Positions 1-12,300 of a stretch of DNA of 64,000 nucleotides are shown piece by piece. The notes beneath the pieces were generated by a model. The model was given only the letters and a program-made list of their open reading frames with translations, ran no database searches and was not told the origin of the DNA. This DNA is from a virus (taxonomy: Duplodnaviria; Caudoviricetes): the IMG/VR virus record IMGVR_UViG_2617271113_000004, positions 64,001 to 128,000 of that record, one strand, 5' to 3'. A program made the position numbers and the translations under genes. The number at the start of each line of letters is the position of its first letter. Positions within the stretch are counted from its first letter, which is position 1.

Positions 1-64
1 AAGTCTTTCGTTCTAAAGAACGACCGGCCGCATCCTTTGCAATAGTTGTTTTTATTTCACTCAT
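1..64 (-). CDS. Partial 5' end of the next structural gene (MSEIKTTIAKD...), runs off the window
   Basis: ATG at 64-62 with a GGGGG RBS, just after the stop of the 2099-aa gene. Confidence 0.55.
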   Translation of the reverse strand, partial: MSEIKTTIAKDAAGRSLERKT

Positions 65-76
65 AGTCAACCCCCT

Positions 77-3000
77 CTATGCTTTTTTAGGAAATGATAA
101 ATGTAGATGGTTATGGTGGTTTCCTGGTTCATAAATGAATTGTATCTTAGGATACTTTTTCTTCATTTGCTGAATGATGAACCAGTCCCCGAAAATGATG
201 CCATCAAATCCTGCTTTCACACAGCTTTCCACCAATTTAATTGCATTGGTTTTATCTTTACCTGAAGGAAATCCTAATTTACCTCCTGATAATCTTCTCA
301 TTGTGTTTGGTGTATCAATATCGACTCCATATCCTGTTCCATGCCAGTTGGGATCATTAGCACGGTAAGCACTTGTTACTACAATCTTCTCCCCTGTTTT
401 AGACTTATAATCTTTGGCAACAGCATTCAGTAAGTCGTAAGTTCCTTTTCTCATAAGACTAGTTCCACCAACAATTGTAATATTAAAGGATCTACCAGTT
501 TGATTCTTAGACTCAACAAGCTTTGATCTAGCTTGACTTGAACTTAAATGGTATTTGTCTTTACCTTTTGAACCAGTTACATCTGGAGCATCATCAGTAC
601 CCCCTTTTGGATACTCATAATAACGCATAATGTGTTCAACATACTTCTTATCTCCATATCGGTTCCAACCTAATTCTGCTGCTTTCTTATCAGAGAATTT
701 ATTTGTTAATTCCTGTGTCCACTTACCGCCATTATTATTAACATAGTCGATGAACCCACCGCCAAAATTATATGATTGTAACGCTAAAGCTACATCCCCA
801 TTTGCCTTATTCATCATTTGCCCAAAGTATTTTACCCCTTGTTGTAAGCTTCTTTCTAACCCTATAGAATTTCGAGGTAAGCCTAGACTCTCAGAAGCTT
901 GAAATACATCAGGGTATCGATTATAATTCCCTCCAGTTTCTTGCATACATTTGGCTTTTAGTATTTCTGCGTACTCTGGTTTTCCTTGTTTCTTGGCTTC
1001 TGCCTCTATTTTTGGTCCTAACGTTTTAAAGTGGGAAGATAGATTAACAGCTTTTCCATTTAAAGGGATACTAGAGGAACCATCCCATTGTTCACTATCA
1101 GAATTATCTCTTGTAAATAAATCAAAGAGATTAGAGAGAATGCTATCTGCTTCTTTCAACTTTTGCTCCAAGTGACTATAATCTGGCCTGTTGTTTTCTG
1201 CCCGTCGATTTTCTAAGAACTCCGCTCTCCCACTTATTTCTTCTTTTGCTGCTTCTACATCACGTTTGTAATACTCTTCAATTTTGCCATTGTCTTCATA
1301 GGTGTTAGGTCTATCAAAGATACTTTTTATTAATTCATCTGTTGTAAAAGTTTTCTCTGAAGTTGTAGGAGATGTAGCAAAAGATTGAATTTGACCGGGT
1401 AATTCTCCATTGACTGTTCGATCTTCCACACCTATAAGTCCAAGCAAAAAGTCTGGGATACCGTCAAATACCTTGTTTGCTTCTTTGGGCTCCCCTACTA
1501 CTGATCCTTTGTTTCCATTTATACCAGCAGTAAAATTAACTCCTTCTTTCTTTAACGGAACAATTAGAACAGCTTGTCGGTTCATTAGAAACCTCTCAGT
1601 TAATTCCCCAACTGTGGAAGATATCACACCAACTGCTGCTGTTTCTATAGCAAATGTAATAATCCCCGCTGGCCCTAATAAAGCATGTTTTCCTTTCCAT
1701 AATCCTTTTGCTACACCAGCTAGTTGTTTTCCACCTTTTAGAAGTCCAGAAGTACCTTTTGCCCCCTTCAACATTGCAGAACTAGCTTTTCCTTTGATAT
1801 TAGCCATCTTTCTAGAATCAAAATCTCTCAATAGTTTAGATTGACTAAACAAATTTCCCCCTTTATTGAACACTTTCTCTATATCTTTCTCATTTAAACC
1901 ATCTAATGATTTGGTCAATGAATTGAATAATCCGTTAGCTTTCCAACGTTTTAAGTCAGCTTGAATGTCAGCTTTCGGTAAATTAGATACAGACTTTTTA
2001 ACAGTTTCGGTTGCTTTTCCAGCATTCTTCTTATAATAATCTTCCGCTTTACTTACACCTTTAAAGCTTCTGACCTTTTGTTGCATCTTCCCTGCCCGCT
2101 TGGCTGTACTTGACCATAATGCATTTAGAATAGGTAAAGACCCTGTATATCCTCTACTTGCAAGAATTGCTCTAATATGCATTCTAGCCATTGCATATGC
2201 TCCAATGGTTGTCGCCCGCATGAGTAAATCAAAAATCGATTTATCCGCATTGAAGCAGACTGCATCAGGTTTAATCATACTGATAAAACCTACATCATGG
2301 TTCATAATATGAATGGATTCTTTAACATCTGCAGGACCGCTCATATTTGAATAATAATCTTGTATAATCATTGTGTCGTAAGGTTTTACAGTAGGATCGC
2401 CCATCACCGTGAGATATCCATCGTACATATCTTTTACATAATCTCGTAGACCAGCTGCAGTAATTTTTAATGCAACACCTTCATCGAAGAACCATTTAGC
2501 TGGTTTATTTAACGCATCTCCTATAAAAGGTATCTTGTCTATTGCCCAAACACCTTTAGCATTTAAAGTCGTGTCTATATTTACTGTCTTCTGCTTTTCT
2601 GGCCATATGTCTGTATCTACATAAACAGGAGAAGTTGTGGAAATTTTACCTTCATTCATGTATGTTCCAACTGCTACAGTATACATATTTTCTTCAGTTG
2701 CTTTTATCTGATTGTGAATAATCGAAGTATAGCTGTCGTAAATATGCATCTGTTTAAAGGATTTTTTTAAGGTTCCTTTAATCGATTCACCTTCAAGATC
2801 TATATCATAATCATGACTTATAGGGAAATATGGCTTTCCAAGAAATATTGTATTTCTAAGGCCGAATGGGTGAACTGCAGTAATCATGTCTTGACCAACA
2901 GCTGCTGTAATATTAAGTACATCCCATACTGTTTTATCGAATAAGTTAATGTTTATATTTACTTCATCTGAATCACCCATACCAAGCCCATCTTGAATTT

Positions 3001-6000
3001 TTCTATACCATTTATCTTGCTCAGCATTTAATAATCCTGTTGTTTGATAAACATTCATATTAATTTCTGCTGTTTCCCTGCCTTCCATAACCCCTAGGCT
3101 AAATAAGTCTTGAAAATCTTGAACCCCTTGAGGTAAACCAGTTTCACCAAAATGCATAATTCCTAATGCATGATCTTGATATTCTCTATTGCTCAAAGAT
3201 GCGGATATATTTGACCAGAAACCTTTCGAATCTGTAAGTAACTCATCTACAATTTCAGTAGGTTCTTTTTTAGAACTCAAAAATCCACTTGTATCATCTT
3301 CAGGATCTATATCCATCATTGCATTTAATTTATTCGTTAATTCGATTCCGTCATCTTGAGCAATCATTGTCATAGTTGCACCGTTATTTTGAAGACTTGT
3401 AATGGTTCCGTTCATGATTGTAGGTAAATTTGCAGCGTTTGAACCATACCCCATGCGCATATGAACTCTTACACCAGTTCTTAAATAAATACTTTTATAA
3501 TAATTTGGATCTCTGTGTCTACTGCGTTCCGTTTCCTTAGCAACTGCCCCAGGCATCATAGCTGCCAAGAATAAGTCTCCAAAGCTAGAGTGTGTAATGT
3601 CTTGCGCTTTCTCGTGATCGTCTAATGATCCAAACACGTTGCTTAATTCACACACTAAGGTGCTAGAAGCTTGTTTTCTACTGTTATTGTAGGTAATATC
3701 AGTAACCGCTCTATAATGAAAATACTGATCTGACATTTTAGCAGTACCTATAAACTGACCTTCATCTATAAATGTCATGAAAAATGTTGGGAAAGCACGT
3801 ACTAATCTACCCCTTCGATCATGCTTTAACATATCCGTCATCATACTTGCTTCAGATATTTTACTTCCGTTATCCGCATAGGATTCCTCATCAGATCTAG
3901 ATAACTGATCAATAACTGTTTTATCATAATCATCTACGATTACAGCTTTATAATCTTTAATAGGTAATTTATCATACTTTGATTGAATAGTTTCGTAATC
4001 CCATGATTCCGTGTTATCCAAAGTGTTTATCATGTTATTAATTTGATTTACTAGACGCTTATTTGGAGCTTTATTATTTTTTAACAAAGCAGTTAGTTCC
4101 CGTTTAAAGTCTAGGTAAAGTAACACCGTACAAATAAACTGTACTTTCTCTGCGTCTTCAGCTGATGAAGGAGACAAATCAAATAGATCGTATACACGGT
4201 CAATGTTGTATTCCCCATCGTTCATAATCGCCTCTGATGATCCCCAGTAGTAAGAGAAATAACGCATCCCTAAATCTACGTTGTACTCTATACTGTTGCG
4301 TATGTGTTTCTTTTGATCTGACTCCCCATATTTACCCCTAACTCTCATTACTCCTATATACTTAGGGTTGGATTGATATTTATAATTCAGGTTTTCATCT
4401 TGCATAATAACCTGTCCTTTACTTCCTACTTTGACACCATCTAGTTCTTGATTTAAACCGGCATTATAAAAATGTCTCATATTTGGATCAAACGATTGAA
4501 CAAATGCTGTAGGATACTTTCCCTTTATGCCATACACAGAAGCAGACTTTCTGATCAACGCTTCCATGTTATCCTTGGTTAAATTATCGTTATCAACTTC
4601 TTTAGAAATATCTGCACTTGGTGATATATTAGGCATCTTTTCTTCAGAAAGACTCTTTGTTTCATCCCTCTTTTGAGTAGCAACTTCGTCTAAGGAATAA
4701 CCACTATCATCTAAAGTAGCAGTTCCTCCAGTAGCATCGTATAAATCAATCTGACCTGCGCCTTCTAAAACAGATCTATTTAATATCTGTGCAAAGTCTC
4801 TTTCGGTATCATAGTTTATAAAGAAGTCAGGGTCTACAAAGAGTCCATCATTTGTGTTAATTACACTAAATCCAGCTTGCTGCACTTCATCATATGTGGG
4901 TAATTCTAAATCTGGATATAATTCCGCTGCTTTGAAAGTTTCAAGAACCCATGCATTATAAATTGCTTGATCATTAGCATCATTACTCACCCCTACTGCA
5001 TTTTTAATCTTCTTAAAACCACTAGTAATATTTTTGATAAATGGTGGAATGCCATTCACTAAATCAATATCCCAGTTTAAATCTAATGTCATTGCATTTA
5101 TTTCATGCATTTTCTTTTCTGCTCGATTGTATGCCATTAATGTAAGATTAACATCATATACACCAGGCATCCCATCAACAGTATCTACAGTCATATCATC
5201 AATAACTACATTTGTGACTCCATATAACTTTGCTATTTGATGATTGAATTGCAGAAACCCATTAGCAACTTCTTTATGATATTCACGAGTTAGATACGAT
5301 GTCCGACGAACTAAGTTCTCTAAACTAGCTATAGCTTCCATATCTGTGCACTGGAAGCGTGCAACCATTACAGTATCTTGTGAACCTAAGTATTGATGAG
5401 TTGGGGACTGATGCATCTGTAATTGATTTGATGTAATCGAATTTTCGAAACTAATGCTGAAGTCTTCCAGATGCATGTTACCTAAAGACCATGATTCATA
5501 ATGTAAATCATACTCATACATTGCTTTGCTATATAAATCATCATACGCCTCATTGAACTCTTCTTCCTTAGCATTATCACCAAATTTGACTCCGCCATCT
5601 TTACTTACTTTTACTTTCAGCCAATCATCAAAACTTAAGTCATTCTTATCGCTAGTCCATTCTTTTATAAGTTCTTTCTTTTGTTTATTCCACTCTCGAA
5701 TTGCCTGAAGATCGTCTTCTGCTGCAATTTTAAATATATAATCATTTGTTAATTCATCTGTTAACGGTTCAAAATAAGTTAAAACACGTTCTGCATCTGC
5801 ACCTTCACCTTTAGTCATTGATTTATATAAGGCAGACGCAACAGGGTCTTTAACTGTTGTTTTATTTAAATGCCTTTCATAATACCACCTGAACATTGGC
5901 CAATGAAACATTTCATCAAAACTTCTTTCACTCGTTCCATATATATAAGTAGCAGGTTCAAAAGCATAACATTGTATAATAGCTTGTAATGTATTAGGAA

Positions 6001-6376
6001 AACCTGGTGTTGTTTGAACAGTTACATTTTGAATTGTTATAGCTTCTATTTGATGAGCTTCGTTTAAATACGTGTTCTCAATTGGCAAGAATGGACACTT
6101 CTTACTTTGAGCTAAAATCGGTCTCAATTCAAAATTGATGGAATCTTCATTGGGAAAGAAAAGAGTTAGTGTAATTATTCGATCAAAGTATCCAGACTCC
6201 TTAGGAAGGCTATTTCTACCTCTCATCACAGATACTTTCTGATGTTTCATTTGTCTGTGTACGCTTATACTGGTTGGAGGTGTTAAAAACTGCGTATCTC
6301 CAATTCGCATAAAATGATCACCGAGATGCCCATAACGGACGTCCCGATCATCAAATGCGGTTATTGCCATAAACAT
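77..6376 (-). CDS. Giant baseplate hub/tail-associated lysin with C-terminal lysozyme-like (CwlT-type) and peptidase M15 domains
   Basis: Lysozyme-like motifs MQETGG..DVFQASES..QGVKYF..ALQSYNFG..YGDKKYVEHIMRYY; Zn-peptidase motifs TSAYR..HGTGYGVDID..HHNHLH; hub-like segment GVRVHMRMGYG; position after the tail genes. Confidence 0.75.
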   Translation of the reverse strand: MFMAITAFDDRDVRYGHLGDHFMRIGDTQFLTPPTSISVHRQMKHQKVSVMRGRNSLPKESGYFDRIITLTLFFPNEDSINFELRPILAQSKKCPFLPIENTYLNEAHQIEAITIQNVTVQTTPGFPNTLQAIIQCYAFEPATYIYGTSERSFDEMFHWPMFRWYYERHLNKTTVKDPVASALYKSMTKGEGADAERVLTYFEPLTDELTNDYIFKIAAEDDLQAIREWNKQKKELIKEWTSDKNDLSFDDWLKVKVSKDGGVKFGDNAKEEEFNEAYDDLYSKAMYEYDLHYESWSLGNMHLEDFSISFENSITSNQLQMHQSPTHQYLGSQDTVMVARFQCTDMEAIASLENLVRRTSYLTREYHKEVANGFLQFNHQIAKLYGVTNVVIDDMTVDTVDGMPGVYDVNLTLMAYNRAEKKMHEINAMTLDLNWDIDLVNGIPPFIKNITSGFKKIKNAVGVSNDANDQAIYNAWVLETFKAAELYPDLELPTYDEVQQAGFSVINTNDGLFVDPDFFINYDTERDFAQILNRSVLEGAGQIDLYDATGGTATLDDSGYSLDEVATQKRDETKSLSEEKMPNISPSADISKEVDNDNLTKDNMEALIRKSASVYGIKGKYPTAFVQSFDPNMRHFYNAGLNQELDGVKVGSKGQVIMQDENLNYKYQSNPKYIGVMRVRGKYGESDQKKHIRNSIEYNVDLGMRYFSYYWGSSEAIMNDGEYNIDRVYDLFDLSPSSAEDAEKVQFICTVLLYLDFKRELTALLKNNKAPNKRLVNQINNMINTLDNTESWDYETIQSKYDKLPIKDYKAVIVDDYDKTVIDQLSRSDEESYADNGSKISEASMMTDMLKHDRRGRLVRAFPTFFMTFIDEGQFIGTAKMSDQYFHYRAVTDITYNNSRKQASSTLVCELSNVFGSLDDHEKAQDITHSSFGDLFLAAMMPGAVAKETERSRHRDPNYYKSIYLRTGVRVHMRMGYGSNAANLPTIMNGTITSLQNNGATMTMIAQDDGIELTNKLNAMMDIDPEDDTSGFLSSKKEPTEIVDELLTDSKGFWSNISASLSNREYQDHALGIMHFGETGLPQGVQDFQDLFSLGVMEGRETAEINMNVYQTTGLLNAEQDKWYRKIQDGLGMGDSDEVNININLFDKTVWDVLNITAAVGQDMITAVHPFGLRNTIFLGKPYFPISHDYDIDLEGESIKGTLKKSFKQMHIYDSYTSIIHNQIKATEENMYTVAVGTYMNEGKISTTSPVYVDTDIWPEKQKTVNIDTTLNAKGVWAIDKIPFIGDALNKPAKWFFDEGVALKITAAGLRDYVKDMYDGYLTVMGDPTVKPYDTMIIQDYYSNMSGPADVKESIHIMNHDVGFISMIKPDAVCFNADKSIFDLLMRATTIGAYAMARMHIRAILASRGYTGSLPILNALWSSTAKRAGKMQQKVRSFKGVSKAEDYYKKNAGKATETVKKSVSNLPKADIQADLKRWKANGLFNSLTKSLDGLNEKDIEKVFNKGGNLFSQSKLLRDFDSRKMANIKGKASSAMLKGAKGTSGLLKGGKQLAGVAKGLWKGKHALLGPAGIITFAIETAAVGVISSTVGELTERFLMNRQAVLIVPLKKEGVNFTAGINGNKGSVVGEPKEANKVFDGIPDFLLGLIGVEDRTVNGELPGQIQSFATSPTTSEKTFTTDELIKSIFDRPNTYEDNGKIEEYYKRDVEAAKEEISGRAEFLENRRAENNRPDYSHLEQKLKEADSILSNLFDLFTRDNSDSEQWDGSSSIPLNGKAVNLSSHFKTLGPKIEAEAKKQGKPEYAEILKAKCMQETGGNYNRYPDVFQASESLGLPRNSIGLERSLQQGVKYFGQMMNKANGDVALALQSYNFGGGFIDYVNNNGGKWTQELTNKFSDKKAAELGWNRYGDKKYVEHIMRYYEYPKGGTDDAPDVTGSKGKDKYHLSSSQARSKLVESKNQTGRSFNITIVGGTSLMRKGTYDLLNAVAKDYKSKTGEKIVVTSAYRANDPNWHGTGYGVDIDTPNTMRRLSGGKLGFPSGKDKTNAIKLVESCVKAGFDGIIFGDWFIIQQMKKKYPKIQFIYEPGNHHNHLHLSFPKKA

Positions 6377-6382
6377 AACCTC

Positions 6383-9300
6383 CTATATACTTTCTTCTAC
6401 TTTATCTCGGTACCAAATTCTATTAAGTTGGTTTGTATTATCTGAGTAATTTATAGATATACGAGACTGCGATGGGCTCATATTAGAGTTTGTAATACCT
6501 TCATTTACAAGATGGGAAAGCTGATCTTGAGTAACAGAATTTCCTTTTGCTTGAATTTGTATGTCAGCATTTTGCGTCCCTTGAAAGGCATTACTTTCCA
6601 TATTTAATGCTGGCTGTGGTTGATTTATTTCATAATGGCCATCAGTTTCAGTCGGATCATTTATCGGTTCACTGTGTCTAAGAATATTGTATCCTCCTAG
6701 TGCTCCAAGTGCAAGACCTGATCCAATAACTCCCCACCTTAATTTCTTATTTTCACTCATTGCTTCAAAGAATTCTTGAACTTTCCTCCCAATACTTTCA
6801 GATACATTCCCAGTTAGATCGTTAGCATATTCTCCTGTTGCACCCGCTAAAGTCGTAGAACGTGGTTCTCTTCTTTTTGCTTCCATTGATTCGTAAGGAT
6901 TTACTCTTGAATGGACATTCCCTTCCAAATCTATATATTCTTTTGAAGCATCTACGCCTAACATCTGATGGATCATATTTAAATACGTATTCCCCATTGT
7001 ACGCTGCTCATTTGGTGCAGAACCATTAATAATATCTGTAATGTTTTTCAGGCCTATTTCTGGATCTAAACCACTACTAGTTCCAAATTTATATGATTTA
7101 TTATACAATCCATTCTCCATATTGCCTTTAACTTTATCTATTGCAGAGAATGCTTTTTCCATCATTTCTGTATCAAAATCGTCAGCAAAATATCTTTGCT
7201 GGATTTCCCTTGTCTTGGACCAATTGCCTCGATAAATAGAATTAACCAATTCGATGGCAGGTGCCCTTCCTTCTTCTACAGTTAAACCGTGTTTAGATGA
7301 TATCGGTTTTTGCTCTAAATCTTGACCAAAATCCAAGACAGCTCGTTGTTCTGATGATCCATGATCAAGATATTCAAAGGCCATTTGTCGTAAAGTAAGA
7401 TTTAAATTAGAAGCCTGACCAATTACTCGTTTACCGATCTTCGATGCAAGTTCTTCCTGAGTATTAGGTTGAAAAGGAGCAAAGCGATCTTGCCCTTTCA
7501 ATATATAATTAGGATCATAACTCCTAGCTGATCTAGAATCTTTATTTATCTGCTTTTCATAAGCTTTTTGTCTTCTTGCTTCTTGCTCATTGTATCTGGA
7601 TTCCCATTCTTTTTGAACCTCTTTGTCCTTCATAACTACAATATTATCATAGTCACCATCTGAATCAGCTTTCATTAAATCAGACATCCATGAAGTTGTT
7701 CGGAATTCTCCTGATTTAACATCATCACTCATTCTTAATTTTGCTATCTGCATGGCATTGCTGTGGAATGTTGGATAACGTGTGTTCATTACGAATAAGT
7801 CACCATCAATCTCCCCGGAAGCACGTTTAGCCAGATCCTCATAAACACCCATTGCTTTTGCATCGTCGGGAGATATAAATGTAAACTCCCCATCTAAATC
7901 CATCGAAACTTTAGGATCCATCAATTTAAAAAGTCCATTTCCAGAAGTATTCATCCCAGCACGTAATACTTCTTTTCCTGTTTGTCCTTTAGAAGAAGTA
8001 ACATCTTTTGTAGCTTGTCTAAAATAATCATCTACCGATGCTTGAAGGCTATCCATAGCTGTGTTTCTTGCTTCTATACTTCCAGCCCGCTGTACATCGT
8101 CTGCTCGCTTATAAATATCCCCAATCTTCTTCTGTAAATCACGTAAGAAGACTTTTCCATTCGTTTCTTCTCTATTTGTAAAAGGTATAAATATATTATC
8201 AATAGCTACTCGTTCACTTGTATTTCCATTCAAATTCAAGGCTACTTTTCTACTATTCCCATTTGGAGCTTCTACACTTGGCAACTTCAACCAATACCCA
8301 TGTGCATTATCTCCACCTGTTAATGCATGTATATAATCTTTGTCAAACACCGTTTTCTTGTAGGTGTTCATATCAGCATCAATACTAGGTAAAGAACGAA
8401 AGTTTTCAACTTCTAACTCGGGTGCATTGTTAAGTAATTGGTTCTGATTGTCCACCGCCCCAGTTATTGAAGCAATGATATTTTTAGTTTCTTGTAGTCT
8501 AGTTTTATTTGAAGCTTGTGACATCATCGTTTCATACACTTTATTATACGTATTATCTAATTTAAGGTCTTTTAGTACTCCCATTTCACGATGACCCCAA
8601 TTTACTCCACCATGTTCGAAACCAATGTCTGTTCTAGCATATCTTTTTATCACATTGCCATTTTTATCATGCTCTAACCGTAATACTTTTCGGCCCTGCT
8701 CATCTGTCATCGTACTATAATTACTTACTTTACTTGCACGTGCTTCTAATATTGCTGTGTCAAATTCCAATTCCGTTTTATCATTAATTCCTAATGAGTT
8801 GAAGATTCGATTGAAACGTTGAGCAGGTATCGGTTTATTTCCTTCTTGGATAAACATTTGGGTTTCATCGTCCCATTTTAAGTTAACTTTGGAAGCCATT
8901 CGAATAGTTCTATCAAATTGTTTTTGTAGTTCCATTCTTTCCAATGCTCGACTGCTTGCCTTATCATTAGGGTGTGTTTCTGTATTGGCTTTAATAAGCT
9001 CGCTACTTATTTCTTGAGCGTGGTTAGCTAATAACTTAGCTTTACCAGATAGATACATACCAAAGTCTCTGTGTTTTTGTATATTAGCATTTAAAACCAT
9101 ACTTACAGAATCATCTCCAGTAATGGCTGACATCAAGTCCCTGCTAATTGAAACATCAGTTGCTTTTTCACCCTCTACGATATATTTAAATACATCCTCT
9201 TCCCAAGACACACCGATCCTTCCATTCTGCTGTATGACAGTAGCATCGTGTTTACCGTTGTACGTTATGGGTCTTTCATTTCCTTCTACTATTTCAGTTC

Positions 9301-12300
9301 CTAATGTCTGACCAGGTTTAACAGTTGCGCCTGGCTGCATATTTCGAAACAAGTTCACATTATCCGTTTCAGATAAGACTTTTTGTTCAGTAGCTCTCAT
9401 TTTAGACTGAATATCACTAGCTACAAGCCCTTGCTGTTCGTATATCGTTGGGATATTTGTGTGATTCCAAGACCCATCTTCATTGATAACACCTTCTCTT
9501 TTTAATAGATCAGGATTTGTTTCCTTTATAGATTCAAGGCGTTCAAGCAGTTGCTGATCATTCATAAAAGCTGTTTTCAGATTCACTCCCATATGATTTC
9601 CACCAGCTTGTTTTCTCCACTCATTACTCCATTCTCGCTGTGCTTCTGTAGTTACAAGGTCATCAAAACGAAGAAAAGCATTTGTATCCCTTGTAGCTTC
9701 TTGTATATCACTTGCGACTTTTGGAGATATGAGATGTGCATTCATAAATTGAACGGAATTATCTCTTCCCTGGAATGTGAAATGCCCATAAGGAAGATAA
9801 TCTCTAACATCTAATTTATTAAAGCTGCCTAATGCTACATTATCAGCTTTGTTTGTTCCTGCGTATAAATCTAAATTCTTCTGACTCAGCCATTCACCTG
9901 ATGCCAGCAACATTTCATAAGATTTCCGAGGCTTAATATTATCAAAAGTTACGTTTTTCTTTAAATAACCATTTTCAAATGCGTTGGAGAATATGTCTTC
10001 CTGTCTTAGCTTTCCTGTTTGATACCAGTCCTGAATCATAGCATTTTCTATATCTACATTCCCTTGTTTGAAGAAATCAGATTGATTATTGTTATAATTG
10101 AAAGTATCATTATTAGTCAAGTTCCTCTGTATACCAGAAAGTTGATTTACACTCTCATTCAGAACTCTTCTTGAACGAGTATTTGCAAGTTCAGCGTTTC
10201 CGTCTAGCATTGGATTCATAATATAGTTTATTTTATCAGTATAGTTATCTGCTAATACTTCAGCCGAAGATTTAATACCGATATTTCCATTATTGTACGT
10301 CGCAAAGCTTCGAGCATTCAATCGACGATTTCCTATCGTGTGTATCCCGTTTTGACCTATCAAAGGCATATTAATTGTCACAGCATTTGGATGATTCATT
10401 CCTTGCGAAAGATGATCAATGACACTTGTACTTTGACTTGGGTTATATATAGAAATTCTTGCGTTCTTTGTATGTTCATCCATTGAAACAGCAAAATGGT
10501 ATTTGTTATAAGCATCATTTTCAATTAAATTTGATACAACTTTTTCTAACGCATTTCGGTTATTTGGCTGTAGACCAGACAAATGTGTTTCATCTAACCT
10601 TGATAATGCCTTTTCTACTGTTGAACTAAAAGTAACCCGTGTACCAGGAGCATCATTTGGATTAAACCTAGTAGCATTTACCTCTTTTACAGTATTAACT
10701 GCTTCACGAAACATTAATTCATTTGTTTCATTATTCAATTGTTGAACAGCCGAGTTATAACCCAATGATGTTTGTTTAACCGATTGATCAAACTTAATAT
10801 TACTATGCTGAAGAATATCTGATATCTGTACAATAGCGTTATGAACCGTGGAACTTTCATTGTTTATGTCTGTAAGATTTCCAGCAATATTATTATTTAT
10901 TACCTTATTGTTATTTAAGTTCTTTATAAATCGGTTCATTCGCTCACGATATCGGTCTTCTTTCAAATCTTTATCTAAGTCTGATCCAGAGATGTCTCGT
11001 GAATAAACATAGTTTTTAATACTTTGCTCTACTGATTCAGTATTTGTCATATTTAAAGTGTGACTTGTATTAGAGAAATAGTCCGTAAAGGAAATCCTTT
11101 TTCTCTCAAAATCTTGAAGACTGATATCTTCTTGCTGCATTGGAAATGCTTCATTTACTTTATTCGAATATAATCTCCATGCCATATCACGTTGAGCTGG
11201 ATCTTTTAAATTCTCACCAATATATTTTAATGCAGTTTCATATACTGGTCTTTCTGATATTAGTCTCATTCCCATACGGAAGAATTCCTCTTGTTCGACT
11301 GGATTATGAACCCAACTCTTTGAGTTTGAATCCCAAAGACTATTAAATTTTCCTTCCATTTGATTCATTAACTCTTCATGAGTTATTCGGTTACGAATAA
11401 GTTCCTGATAATTAGAACCAGAAATGTGTTTATGTTTACCTAATAATCTCTTTTCAAGAATTTCTGCGTTACCATAAAGTCTCCTTGCCGCTTCGTAGCC
11501 ACCTGTTTTTCCGGAACCAGCCTTTTCCAAACTAAACATGCGCTCATATCTTCTTCTAGCACTATCTGTTAGCTTAGCATCATTAATTTCCCTTCTTTGG
11601 TTACTCGTTAAACCATCCCAGTTATAAAAACGATTTTGGACAAAGCCGGCCAGCTCATCAAATGCTTCATTTCCCTCACGCACAATAAAGCTGTGCATAT
11701 CTTTTTCTTTATTATATAGTCTTAGACCATATCTCTTCATTTCATTATCAGATAGGTCCATAAGACCTTCTACTTCATAAAAGCTTTTTGCATTAATAAT
11801 GGTTGTATTAAATGAGTCATTTATTGGATTATAAGATCCTGTTTCAGGGTCAAATTTAGCAGAAAATGATAGATCCCCATCTCTTTTAGCTCTAACTCCT
11901 CCAACAGCAAATAATGTTTGCCCTGTTTCCAATGACTGATTTGACCAGCTGAAACCAGGTTCATGATAATTAAATCCCGCTTGAATATTTGTTTTCGATG
12001 CATTTATTTTATTCTTGATTGTACCAATACTATGATTAATTACTCCTCCTAATCCTTCTGTTCCAATATCATGGGAAGCACTATGAGCAGATTCTAGATC
12101 AAATCCTAAGGTGCTTCTAAACTCTTGAAGTTTTGTCATACCAGTTTTTAGTGGATTACTAGAAAAATCACGACCTAATGATTTATGAAGATCAATAGGA
12201 TTGCTATAAGCAGTTTGAACAACTTGATAATAGTCAAGGTGTTTTTTGGGTTGATTAACAGGGCTATTCCCTTTTATTTGACCCCAGGACTGTAAGACAG

